Shown: positions 1-12,876 of the stretch, piece after piece
How the letters are laid out: each line of letters starts with the position of its first letter
Numbering within the stretch: the first letter of the stretch is position 1
Assembly (NCBI GenBank): GCA_949358305.1
Contig: OX442314.1
Span: forward strand, 22,320,001 to 22,384,000
DNA from: Strigamia acuminata
Lineage: Eukaryota
Direction: 5' to 3'
Length of the DNA: 64,000 bases
Notes under the pieces: generated by a model
Databases searched by the model: none
Seen by the model: only the letters and a program-made list of their open reading frames with translations
What the model was told of the DNA's origin: nothing
Translations under genes and position numbers: made by a program

Positions 1-275
1 TTTAAAATTGGCGTTAAATCCCTAGTTTATTCTGTACGCGTGTGTGTGCTTTGAAATGTGACTAAAATGATTAATTCCCCTCCCTCAGAGTGCCTCAGTC
101 GCAAACGATGTCCACAAAATGGACGACTCTTTATACCAAGTAAGTTGAAGTGACGCATTTGGTTTTGATTATTTTTGGTTTGGGTTTGTTTGACCGAGTA
201 CTTTGCACGGTGGCTTTTTTGCTTTGCTGTTGCCGTCCTTTTACTAACACTTGTAACCGGTGAACGTTGCATTAG

Positions 276-3159
276 GTTAGCTCAGGGCTTTCACATTCTT
301 CTGTTGGTCTCCAAGGACAATTACTAACACATCAAGGTGGTGGCACTTACCTGATTCAAGGGTCCGGGACGATGGATGGAGACGCGCATACGCTGACCCA
401 CGCGAGTAGAGCGTCTCCGCAGACGGTAAGCGGGTCGTTGGATGATCCCAGGGACAGATTTTCTTTTGTTAGTAGATGATATTTTTTATATGCTTAGTTT
501 GCATGTTCAGTTTTTTGATTTTGTTTTATTTTGTTTTTTGATTTTTGTTGTTTTTTTTATTTTTGTTGTTTTTTGTTGTGCTAATTTTTGTTTGTTGCGC
601 AGGAAGGTGTCGCGTACCTTGTGCAGGGGTCGTCGGTTGATGGTGACGGACATCACCTGACACACGCAACTCGTGTATCGCCACAAACGGTACAATGGCT
701 GTTAGATAATTATGAGACAGCTGAGGGGGTGAGTTTACCCCGCAGTACGCTTTACAATCATTATCTACGACATTGTGCGGAGCACAAAATAGACCCGGTG
801 AATGCTGCTTCTTTTGGCAAGTTGATACGTTCTGTGTTTCTTGGTTTGAGAACGAGGAGGTTAGGAACGCGGTGAGTGTCGATTGGAATTGGAATATGAT
901 TTGAATTGTATTGCGTGTTTGTTGAATTAATTTTATTGATTTTCTTTTTATTTTTGCAGTGGGAATTCTAAGTACCACTACTATGGTATCAGAGTGAAAC
1001 CAAGTTCCTCTTTAAATCAAATGGCGGAAGATGTCGGAACGATGGCCTTACGACAGCAACCGATGAATCAAAGCAAAAGGTTTGCAATTGATTTAATTTT
1101 TTTTTTTTTTTTTTTTTTTAAATAATTATTAATTTTTTTTTTAAATTTTTTTAGGTTTAAGGCCACACAAAAGCCTGAAGTGCACGACACTGGGGCCAAC
1201 GCTAGTACACAGTCTCAAACTTCATCATCATCTTCAGACTCAACATCTCCCCAGCAACAAGTTTGTTTACGCGACAGTTTTATTGATTTTTATTGATTTT
1301 TATTGATTTTTAGCATCATCAACAGTTTCTCGGGGATGCTTCATCCGCTGTACCCAGCATGGGGGTGATCGAACTAAGTTCGAGCGATTTGCCCGATGGC
1401 TTGACCATCGACGATGTACATATCTTCAGCCAATTGTACAAAGAACATTGCGAAGCAATTTTGGAGTCGATTCTGAATTTGCAGTTTTCGATGGTGGAGA
1501 TTTTATGGCATCAGTTTTGGAGAATTCAACCTCCAGACCAGGAGTCGCCGTGAGTTTGAATAAAATGCTTTTTTTTTGTTTTATTTATTATTTAGCTAAT
1601 TTGAATTTTGGGTTTTGAAGGGATCTTGATTTAGAGAAGAGGTTGTCTAAAACGAAATTGTACCTGTTGTGTTCGACGGATCCTGTGCAGCAGTTTGTGC
1701 GGAAAAGCGACTACCATTTCTATCAGAACCTTGTCGAAATCCTCATCCCTGATGTGCTGCGGCCAATTCCCAGTGGGTTTTCCCTTGACATCTAGATCTA
1801 GAGGGAGTTAATTTAATGGTATCGATTTAATTGTGTAGGTTCATTGACCCAAGCGATAAGAAACTTTGCCAAGAGCTTGGAAGGCTGGTTGACGTCGTCA
1901 ATGAACAGCACACCTGATGAAATGGTTAAGATCAAGGTTTGTGATCGTAATTTTATTAAAATTTATTATGATTAAATTTTTTTTTTTTTTTTTTTTTTTT
2001 TTTGTGATTTAGATAAGCGCAGTGAGTGCATTTGCTCAGACATTGAGACGATACACATCGTTAAATCATTTAGCACAAGCAGCACGTGCTGTATTACAAA
2101 ATACGCTTCAAATTAATCAGATGTTGGCCGATTTAAATCGAGTTGACTTTCACAATGTGCAGGTTAGTGTGGATTGTTAACGCGGCGATTGGATGGAGTT
2201 TTTAACAGAGTGTTTTTTCGTTGAATTAGGAGCAAGCATCTTGGGTCTGTCAATGCGACGATGGCATTGTGCAAAAATTAGAACAAGATTTTAAATTGAC
2301 ACTACAGCAGCAGAATTCGTTGGAGCAGTGGGCAGCGTGGTTGGAAGGAGTGGTGTGCCAAGTGCTCAAGGTGCACGAAGGCAAACCTGATTTTGCCAAA
2401 GCTGCCCGCCAATTCCTTCTCAAGTGGTCCTTTTATAGGTACAAAGTGGAAATAATTTGTCAAAATTGTACATGAAACACTTGCACAGACGAGAATTAAT
2501 TAATTGGTTACGGAATAAATGTTCGACGCCACTTAAAGGGGGAAATGAGGGGGAAATCGATACAAATACACATGTTTGAACGAGTTAATTGCGAATTTAG
2601 TGGTTTTTTTTGTCGTTGATTATTTTTTTAATTTTAATTTAATTTTAAATTAAATTTTTATTTGTAGTTCGATGGTGATACGGGACCTGACTTTAAGGAG
2701 TGCGGCAAGCTTTGGCTCTTTTCATTTGATTCGATTGCTATACGACGAGTACATGTTTTATCTGATCGAACACAGAGTTGCACACGCGACAGGTGAAACA
2801 CCCATAGCTGTCATGGGTGATGTAAGTGTGAGTTTTTATTAATCTTCATATTGTGTGTTTTTTTTCTATGTGTAACTCAAGCGGAGAAGAAATAACTGGA
2901 ATTTGTTTCTCAACAGTTCATCGGTCTCGGCCACAAAGTGTGGAGGGAAAACTCGTCGAGCAAAACGGCCAACACGTCGTCCACTGCCAACGGCAACCAC
3001 GCCCCGAATCACATGGGTGTGGGCAACGCCCACGCAACAGCGAATTCGATTCAGAAGATAGTTCTGCTCAACTCGGCCAGCGCCAGTAGTCAAAGTTTTG
3101 GTTCCTCTAGTAGCGGGGGGTCGACGAGTCACGGACACAAACGGCTGAAAACAAACTGA
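276..3159 (+). CDS. Rfx: RFX1/2/3-type winged-helix transcription factor, 3' portion (5' exons lie outside the window)
   Basis: [32 protein letters not shown]...[38 protein letters not shown]/dimerisation segments [38 protein letters not shown] and [28 protein letters not shown]. Exons approx 276-425, 603-871, 960-1079, 1155-1260, 1313-1549, 1621-1773, 1839-1936, 2013-2162, 2230-2438, 2668-2821, 2917-3159. Confidence 0.96.
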
Positions 3160-4979
3160 CACGCGTCGGATGTGTTTTAACGTGGTGAAAACATTTTTAA
3201 GAATAGAAAAGAACGTTATATGATGGTAAAAGAATTTACTAGTCAGTTTGAGAGTTATTTTTTAAGTCAAGGATTTAATTTTTTTTTTGATTGTAATTAA
3301 AATTGAAAATGAAATGATTGGAATTTTTAAATTATTTTGATGCCAAAGTTTAGCCAATTACTGTTTGCTGGTAACCAAAGAGTTGGACGAACTGCCAATT
3401 TTATGTAGCCGCATGAGGGGGTTTTGAGAGGAAAAAAGAAATAGCTAATTCATTATAATTATAATTATTATTATTATTACTATTATTATTATGTTATCAT
3501 CATTCTATTAATAGTGAATTTTGTACGATGCCAAATCAGCATTGCCATATTGTACGCCTTACAGAAAATCCAACTTTATACATGATTATGTAATAGGTGA
3601 ATTGTAATGACAAAATGCTCAAAAATTTTTCAATAATTCCATCCAAAGTTTAAAAAAGAAAAATTTCCATAAAAAAATTAATACAAATGTTTTGAGTAAA
3701 GTCAGTATTAGTTTTATGGTAAAAATTGGTTACAAGAAAAATTGGAGAAAAAAAAATGTAAAAAACAAAATGTAAAAAAAGTTTTAATAGAGTGTTTGAA
3801 GTGAAATCAGCACGAAAAACTTTTATCTTTCCTATTTTCTGAGACGTGAAAAATATTTTTTATTACAGAAATTTAGATTCAATCCTTCCACTTAAATGAA
3901 TTAATTACTTAAAGTTTGGGAGAAAATTTCTCTGGTCAGATTTGCACAAGTTTAAAGTTGAAATACTGATAAATTCAGCTCATTTTATCATTGAAAAAAG
4001 TGCGGGGGGAAAAAAACAAATTAAAGTAAAAAAATACAAAGTCTCTTTTAATATATGATAATATATATATTTGGAATGTTTGATATTTTATTAAGTGTCC
4101 ATATTGTATTTGTCAAGTTGGAATTAATTCTCGTATTTAAGGCACGTTATTTTTAAACTTTATTTTTCTTTTTTTATATTTTAAATCAAATTTATTTTGT
4201 GTCTCTAAAATCACATTTATAATTGATTTTTTTTTTTATGAAAAAAAAAATAATTCAGAATTGGTTAAATTTTAAATCTAGATGTTGATATTTAAAAAAA
4301 CAAAAAAAAAATCTTTGCCTGCAAAGTGCCTACAAACTTCATGAAAAAATATAGAAGTTAAAAAAAGGAGAAAAAATGTTTACAAAATTTATAAAATCCA
4401 CTATAACTTAAAAAAAAAAAGATATTTTCCTTTTTCTTTCCATGGTGTGCTCACAACTAGTCAACTGTGTGCCATTTTGTTTTGATTTGTTTTGATTTTA
4501 TTTTCTTTTCGTTGTTGGTAGTGATTTCTCAGGTGTGTTTAAAAATTAATTGCAGTACCTCAGTGTTTTCGTGATTATTTGGAGTGATTTTTGTATATTT
4601 GATGTAAATAATACTTTGATGAATTATCACAAATTGAATTGCAAACCATTTTGAAACCCTCCTTTTTCCCCCCTTCATTATGTAGTCATGATTATGTTGT
4701 TGGTTAGTATTTGTAACCAAAGAGTTATGAACGAATTGCGTCAGATTAAACCACGCTTTGGTTTTCGTGTTTGACAAATATACTTACTAGTCTGTTTAAA
4801 ACCTACTGATTTAAACTCCATCAACCAAAATAAACAAATATTATTTTCACCGAATAATTTAAAAGATTAAAAACTAAATTAATTTATATTTCACAATTTG
4901 CCCGCTATTTTCCATCGTAAACAACTCGCAGACGTGAGGAATAATGTTCAAATTTTATTTACAAAAATTAAAAATACAT

Positions 4980-7775
4980 CTACATGGAGTCTGGAAAAAA
5001 TTTTATATAAACTCCCCCAAACAGGTCGATGTGTTTCTGCAAAATGTGATGCAAATGGACGTTGATCTTGCTCACTTCTTGACAAACGTCTTTGTTCTGT
5101 GACTGCACATACTCTCTCACGTAGTGCCATATATCCGACAAAATAACATACACTTCGTAGGGACTTAGATGAGGAAATAATTCGTTACATTGGCTAAACG
5201 TTCCGGGCAAAAGTCCACCCGCATTCATCAACTCCATTATATTGTTGATGAATTGCAACTGGAACGGGCAGTTGGCCACCTTCGTTTCCTGACACGAAGC
5301 CCAGTGCGACATTGCAACCGACAAGAGCGATCTGACCAACGTGCTGCACACGCCTAACGATGACTTCTGCTTGGTCGCCAACGTGAGAATCCTCCACAAA
5401 ATAGGATGCTCGTCGAACGAACGTTTCACTTGCAGATCCCTCTCCACAGTTATTTTCGTAAACTCCTCTTCCGGCCACGCCATGTTGTTGAACATGACAT
5501 CGGGTGACACGAGTTCACTTAAGACCGAAGGCAGCATGTCGACTCCGGTTTCGCCGCACGCAACGTGCAACAAATCCAACAGGCATTGTGAATTTATTGC
5601 GATTATTTGCTCCGACAGCAAATTCGGCGCGAGTTTCATCGACCGTGTTCCGAGACTCATGGCTTTAAAGATGGTTGAGTGGCCAATTTGAGTGACCGAT
5701 TGCATCCTGTTTTGTTTACTCAAAAGCACCGTTTCGATGCGTTTCGGCGGCGGCGCCTTGAGCGCGAGCGAGCCGAACAGAGTACGATTTTCGTACCCCA
5801 TGGCGCCTTCCACGAGCAAACGAAGTAAATAATTGGTCGTGGCGGGATGGAAACTCAACGAAGCGACGATTTTCTTGCACGTTTTCGTTTGTCTGATCTT
5901 CGTTTCCATGTTGCACCGACGCAGGACGTTGAAGAAATATTTAATGACGCACCGGCAAATCTGCGCGATGACCATAACCGACGCGTGCTTCGTCCCGGGC
6001 ACGAGCATGGCGAGCACGTCGGCCGTTCCGTGCGCCGTGTCCAAGCGAGGAGACAAAAGGCGCCGAGCAAATATGTGGATATTGCTATGCGCGATGCCCT
6101 CCAAAGCAGAATAAACGTTGGTCACTTTATCGGAGCGCCATTGCATCAACGACAGCAGATTTTTTAACATTCCGGCGTCTTGGTCGTCGCTGGAATTGAA
6201 GAGGTGGCCCACGGTGCGGTCCAGAAGCGTCGAAACGGAATGCGGTTGCGCGACTTCCAGCGTGGACAACAGGTCGGCAATCGCTTGCAGTCGGGTTCCG
6301 CCACGGGAATCGGTCAGGAGCAGTCTCAGTATGGCGCAAACGGCGCGTTCCCCACCGTACAGTCCAATGTTAGCTAAAAGAGGGAGCAGCCACTGCGCCC
6401 ACATGGCCGGTCCGTCGAATAGCACCGAGCAAAGTGTCGGCACTTCGCGCTGAAGACAATGCAAAAACGGCACGTCGACAGCGCAGGACGTGTAGACGAG
6501 GCGTTGCAGCTCGAGGAGCAGGGTGTCTAAGATCAATGCACACGCGTTTTTCACTTGGGGTAAAAGGTCGGAGAAGTCCTCGGATTGTGTAGCTCTGAGT
6601 AGAAACTGAACGGCTTCCAAACCGCCGTCTTCACTCCGGAGTATCAAATCCACGACCATGCTGGCCAATTCCCCAGTGTCCATTCTCGGTCGCCATAATG
6701 GGATCTGAAGGCTTAGTTGGTTCAAAACGGGTGGAGTGACTAAAGAAAATTAAATTATGATTTTTAATTTTTTGCTATTATCATATCGAGCATTAATTCC
6801 TTACGTGTAGACAAAAAATCCACGGCGACAACACGTAAAAGAATGTGGGACGAAGCGAGTTGCAGAAGAAACGGAACCGTTGCAAGTTGCTGATCGGTTG
6901 CAGGGACCGAGAAACTTTCGTGGAAGAGTGACAACAACGCTTTTCGCACGTCGTCACTATGCCGGGCAGCTAAATGACCCAGGATCCCCACCACAGACGC
7001 TAATTTTGGTACCTAAAAGGAAGAAAAATAAATAGAAATTGATACAAATTCAAATTTTTCTCATTTTTACTTTTTTGTCGGCAGCATAAGGTGAAGATGG
7101 GATGATATCATGAGATGAAAAGTCTTTTAATCCACATGCTAGAACTCTATTAATGATGGTGTTGGGGAAACACGACCCGATGTGGGCAACGACCCAGTCG
7201 AAATGCGGGGAGTGTTCCACCGACGTGTCCAACAAGGCGTCGATACACATATCGGGATTCGTGGAGATCAGAGTTGAAATGCATTGGGTAGTCAGGTCAA
7301 TAAGGCTTCGGGAAGCTCGGCATGTCATCCACCACTGCAGCACTTCCGTCAAACTTGAATTCACGTGAGGAACTCCCTGACGGCCGGCGTATTTACTGCT
7401 CAGACGACCCAATAAATCTAAACTCCAGGCGGAGATGATGGCGGACCAGGCTTCGGGTTCGGCGGTGACAAAATGCGACAAAACTGTGTAAACGTCTTGG
7501 ATTAATGTTTCGTCAAAGGTCGATTGTTTGTCACTCGATTCGTTGACGTGCGTGGCTATGGCTTCGTCGAAGACGTGACATAAATGCTCCAAAACTGCTT
7601 CTCTGGCGGATGGTAGTGTCTTGAGAAGAAGAATGCACGTTTTGGCCAAATCATGACTGTTGCAGTTTGAAGTGTAACTTGCGCCTCCGATGAATGTTAG
7701 AATCTCTTGCTTGAGTTCTTTGGCTGTTAGTTGTCTGTTTACATCCAGTCTTGATGCGATTGTAACTGAATCCAT
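4980..7775 (-). CDS. INTS5: Integrator complex subunit 5
   Basis: Three exons (7775-7071, 7012-6805, 6739-4980) join in frame to ~890 aa. INTS5-like motifs: [72 protein letters not shown]. Confidence 0.92.
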
Positions 7776-8031
7776 TTTTACCGGCAAAATCCAATGCTCA
7801 AACTAACAGGAAGCCATTTTAAGATACATAAACATAGTGCGGCGCTTCTAATTATAAATTATTTTTTAAACAAATAATAATATTACAAAATTAGTCTTAG
7901 AAGGTGTTAAAATAATTGAAAAATATTTATTATATTTTGATGTTGGAAAATCTATTAATGTAATAAATTGAATTTACGAATTTTCTGCGCTTCTACTTTT
8001 TTCTTTCATTTTTAATTTTTTCTTTTACAAG

Positions 8032-8722
8032 ATGGCGTTCCAGCATCAAGCTGGCACTGCGATGGAATGTTTAAGCGTAAGTGAACTCGCATAACTTAAA
8101 ATGACGAAAAAATTTTTTAAAACTGAACAATCGGTTAAATTTAAAACTCCTAATAATTAACAAGGTCTAGAATTAACTATCACGTAGGAAAATATTACCG
8201 TTAAACAGTTTTAAGGCGATAAAATGAAACAAATTGTTTATTTATTTATCAATTTTTTCTACATAGATCCCAATAAAACTTTCCAAAGAACTAGGCATTG
8301 ATTCGGAAGGACGAGAAGTTCTCAAATGTGGTTTTAAAATTGGGGGTGGAATTGACCAAGACTTTAAAAAATCACCACAAGGATACACCGATAACGTAAG
8401 AGATAAAATTAACTGGAATTTTTTAATTTTTAAATTATTTTCCTTATTTTTCAGGGTGTTTACGTTACTGAAGTTCATGAAGGAAGTCCAGCGGCCAAAT
8501 CTGGTCTTCGGATTCACGATAAAATTCTTCAGGTATCTGATATTAATTATCATACTTGACCGGTTTTTGAGTTAACATATTCCAATTTTTTTTTCCTTCG
8601 TTTTGTCACAGGTGAATGGCTACGATTTCACCATGGTAACGCACAAAAAAGCTGTAGATTACATTAAAAAACACCCCGTGCTCAATATGTTGGTTGCTCG
8701 AAAAGGGGTTACACACACGTGA
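8032..8722 (+). CDS. TAX1BP3: Tax1-binding protein 3 / TIP-1 (single PDZ domain protein)
   Basis: Four exons give MAFQHQAGTAMECLS|IPIKLSKE...CGFKIGGGIDQDFKKSPQGYTDN|GVYVTEVHEGSPAAKSGLRIHDKILQ|VNGYDFTMVTHKKAVDYIKK...*. Divergent from INTS5 across ~256 bp. Confidence 0.95.
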
Positions 8723-9566
8723 CATCGCAAATTGAGAAAAATAATTCCAGTTTTTTTTATTTTTCTTATGTACTTACTGTAAATGGGAATTTTATTTAAA
8801 TTTATTTTTTCACATATTTTTTTTTTGTCTTTTCGATTAATTTTTCCTTTTTTTTTTCCTTTTTTTTTCCTTTTTTTTTTTTTTAGTTTCTTTGTAAGTG
8901 CAAATGTGGGTTTTGATTATTGTACATATGAATTGAGATTTATTAATTTACAAAGTGTATATATAATTATCATCACTGAATAAATTTTTATTCCATTTTA
9001 TTTCTTTTTTCAATGTTGGCTTGCAATATTCTTCTCTTTCGAAACCAAGTGATGCATTTTCGCTGAGTTTTTGTAATAAATTTGAATCGTCCAGACAAAA
9101 CTAATTGATTATTTTATTTCCCGTTTATGACTTTAATCTCGAACTTAAACTTTGGAGTTTACTTTTTAAAAAAATGCAGATTAATATCTTATCACGGATT
9201 TATTTGGTTTTATAAATTCATAGCCCCTTTTTATAATGAATAATTATAAATGTTTTTTTGCAAAAATAAAAAATGGGATTTCAAATTCTAAATAAAATTT
9301 TAATTTGTTGTTTTATTTAATTACTAGATGTCGCATCCACAATCTCAGTTTTGAAAATACAAATAATTTAATTTGTAAAACTAAAATAATTATATAAAGT
9401 CTTTCTACAAATACAAAGGAACAAAAAATGAAATTACCGGTATTGTAGTTTTCAACTTTTCATTGCGCGCCACATTACTGGTAGATGTCGCTGCCCGGAA
9501 TATAGAGGTCGCTGCCTTCCAATTTTCCACCTGTCTGAAAGATTCACAAATTTTGTATTTCTTTGT

Positions 9567-11093
9567 ATGTTCTTACGTCGATTTGGTAAATATTCTACAC
9601 TATGAATTGAAATTATAAACTTAAAGTTTGCTTTTTAGTTTCCAGCCCGTTCTATCTAAAGTTGTACCGGACTATGAGTGGCGAACCTGCAGCAAAGAAA
9701 CGAACCATGAATTCAAACATTAAGAAGATAGGCACGCACAACGGAACCTTTCATTGCGACGAAGTTTTGGCATGTTTCATGATAAAACAGCTTCCAGAAT
9801 ACAAAGATGCTGTTGTCGTACGGTAGTTTATCATTGAAAATTCACGCAAGATCATAATTGTAAAAATAAAACTTAAAATAAACTCCATTTAGATCACGTG
9901 ATCCGGCTATTTTGAACACCTGCGATATTGTTGTTGACGTCGGTGGTGTCTTCGATCCAGAAACTCACCGCTACGATCATCACCAACGGTATATTATATT
10001 AAATACCGCAATTAGTTTTGGGTAAAATTAACTTTTATTTATTTATTTGCAGCGGATTTAAAGAGACGATGAATTCTTTAAACTCTACTTATCCTTGGGT
10101 TACGAAATTAAGCAGTGCCGGCTTAATTTATTTTCATTTCGGGCAGAATATTATCGCAAAACTTTTGAATTTGTCCAAAGACAGCAAAGAGACTAAAATT
10201 ATATTTGAAAAAGTATATGGGAATTTTATGGAAGAGATTGATGCAATTGACAACGGGATATCACAGACTGACAACGAGCCCAGGTGAGATTTATTTAAAA
10301 ATATTTAATTAATTTATTAATTTTTTTTTTCGGCAGATATTTAATTACAACAAATTTAAGTTCGAGGGTGGGGAATTTAAACCCAAAGTGGAATGATCTC
10401 ATTCAAGACGAACAGGTGCTTTAGTTTAGTCTATCTAATCTGGTTTATCTAATTTTTTGTTGTGTATTTTGCATTCCAGGGCGCGTTTGACAAAGCCACA
10501 CAATTAGTCGGTGAAGAATTTTTAGATAAAGTTTCTTATTACGGCAAAACGTGGTTGCTGGCTCGGCAGGTCGTGTCCGACGCGCTCGCATCGAGAAATG
10601 AGGTTTGTTTTGCAAATTGTTTATCGCAAAGAAAACATCCTTTTTAAAAAAATATGTTTAGGTTGATGAAAGCGGCGAAATAATTGAATTGAAAAATGGA
10701 GGTTGCCCGTGGAAAGATCATTTATTTGCTCTAGAAACTGAATTGAAAATTGAATCTCCTGTCAAATTCGTTTTGTACTCGGATCAAAATGGAAATTGGC
10801 GAGTCCAGACTGTTCCGGTTAGGCTGGGGTCGTTCGAATCGAGGTTTGACACACAGTCACTCATATTTTGCAACAAAAAATTTTTTTAAAAATTAAAAAA
10901 AAAATGTTATTTTTTAATTTCTAGATTACCTTTGTTGAAGGAATGGTGCGGTCTTCGAGACGAGAAATTATCAGAAGCTAGTGGCATTCCAAATTGTATA
11001 TTCGTTCACATGAATGGATTTATTGGTGGAAATCTTAGCCGCGAAGGTTCTTTGGAAATGGCACGTAAAACGTTAAAGAAATGTATTTCATAA
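9567..11093 (+). CDS. MYG1: MYG1 exonuclease (DHH family)
   Basis: [96 protein letters not shown]. Multi-exon. Confidence 0.95.
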
Positions 11094-11159
11094 AAATTCA
11101 ATCGTTTTATTAAAGTTTTCAATTGATAATTTGATTTTGATCATCGAAGAACATTTGTT

Positions 11160-11322
11160 TTTCCGGAGTGGTTAAACCAAGAGAATTTCTCTGGGAATAA
11201 AATAACATGTGGATATTTCTCTGGAATTAGCGCTTGCCTTGTTTTTATTTGTGGTTTGAGTATTTTACGATAGATGGCGTTATGTTGCAATTACCCACAA
11301 TTCCTTTGTTATTAATCACAAT
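11160..11322 (+). repeat. Copy 1 of a ~165-bp direct repeat (promoter-like)
   Basis: cggagtggttaaaccaag...gcgcttgccttgtttttatttgtggtttgagtatt..acgatagatggcgttatgttgcaattacccacaattcctttgttattaatc is near-identical to 13954-14131. Confidence 0.9.
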
Positions 11323-11750
11323 CAAGGCTACTTGCGAGTGCAATTCAATATAAGCTGTGTAATGGAAAGAAGCGTGTGTTTTGAAGTTTATTTTTGAGTT
11401 CATTCACTTGCATACTTGTTTTTTTCGATTTATTTTCAAAATAGCCAAGTTCTGTACCCATTAATTGACGTTGAGGAATCATTCCAAACAAAAAAGAATG
11501 ATCAATAAGAATAAGAATAAGAATTAAAACCTTTTTGCAAAATTCTATTATTGTGCGATTGGCGATTTTTTTTTTTAAATCGAGTGTATAGATATATAAT
11601 AAATTTAAGATAATTGATTGATTTAATATATTCAAATTAATGCAAACATTTTATGCAAATCTTCCTTTAAGAATTTTCTTCATTCAGGTTTGTCGGACGG
11701 CAAGTTAGTTAGAAAAGTGATTTCTCGCCAAGCAGATCACAATTCACAAG

Positions 11751-12059
11751 ATGAACAATCTGTTTGAAGTCGTCGCCTCAGCATTTGCGTCTGCCGCTAC
11801 ACACTCTGCTGCCTCTGAGGCTTTTATAAACAACCCAGCGGGCGTTGCAGTTCATAAGGCCGTTGGTTTTGCGAATTTCGAATTTGAAGAAGTAAACGAA
11901 GTTCCTTATGCGGTTAACATTGGAACCGAAGTCGTGTGTACGCGTTGTTCGAGAGTTTTTCAGGTGAGACATGACTTCAAAGAATATGAAAAAATTTCAA
12001 AATCCCCAGGACTATTTGTAGTCCTATGTCCTCAGTCACAGTGCAACCGAATCATCTAA
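11751..12059 (+). CDS. Orphan 102-aa protein with Ala-rich N-terminus and CxxC...CxxxxC (possible zinc ribbon)
   Basis: Intact ATG-TAA ORF, GC-richer than its flanks, preceded by acceptor ttcattcag (~11687). Paralogous to the ORFs at 12368-12876. Confidence 0.55.
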   Translation: MNNLFEVVASAFASAATHSAASEAFINNPAGVAVHKAVGFANFEFEEVNEVPYAVNIGTEVVCTRCSRVFQVRHDFKEYEKISKSPGLFVVLCPQSQCNRII

Positions 12060-12367
12060 TTCACAGTAAGAACAAGAAAAGTAATTAAAAAACAATTTAT
12101 AACTGTACATATTTCTTCTAATTTTTATAGAAGGTAAATGAAACTGCGATTGAGCTAAAGAGAGTTGAAAAAGTTCCGGTAACCTTGAAAGTCCAATCGA
12201 ATACTGAGATGGATATAGATTCTGCCCATAGTGATTCCCACAGTGATTCCGCCTAGACCAAGTCAAATGCACCTAAAATAATTCTTTGTTAAAGTCAATT
12301 TTGTATGTAATGCTTCTTTATGGAGAACTAACTCTATTTTAATTCTGTCCACAACTCGATTAAAAAT

Positions 12368-12876
12368 ATGAATACGGATAATTTATTCGAAGCCGCCATC
12401 GCGGCTGCCTCCACCGCCTCTAACACCGCCAGCGCCGCCGCAGCCAGCACCGCCAACGCTTCCAACGCCGCAGCCTTCGCTCTCGTTAAATTTTTAAAGT
12501 ATTTGAACGACCCAGAATTCGAAACGTGAACCTTGTTGTTGGTGAAAATGTCGAAATTAGTAACTTAAATCTTCCGTTTTTTCTTACTCAATCGGATGGG
12601 GCTGGTATCGACGGTGGTTTGACTAATTTTGTTGATAATGTCATTGAAAAAGAGAGCAATAACGGATTTATGGATCCTGTTAAAATCGGAAAAGATGTTT
12701 ATTGTAATCATTGCCACAGTCTTATGGCCGGCACTCATATTTTTTCCGATTCTGTGCGAATATCTAATGCATACATTCTCTCATCGATCCCACTATCTAA
12801 AAAAATAAACAAAACCCAAGATTACAAAATTTCACACAAATTAAATAAATTTATGAGAAATTTAGATATTTTTTAA
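12368..12876 (+). CDS. Paralog of the 11751 orphan, split across two frames (12368-12529 and ~12491-12876)
   Basis: N-terminus MNTDNLFEAAIAAAS resembles MNNLFEVVASAFAS. C-part VKIGKDVYCNHCHSLMAGTHIFSDSVRIS resembles VNIGTEVVCTRCSRVFQVRHDFKEYEKIS. Confidence 0.45.

Noticed and set aside
5194..6453. Multiple alternative-frame and antisense ORFs inside INTS5
   Set aside because: Expected by-products of a long GC-rich exon.
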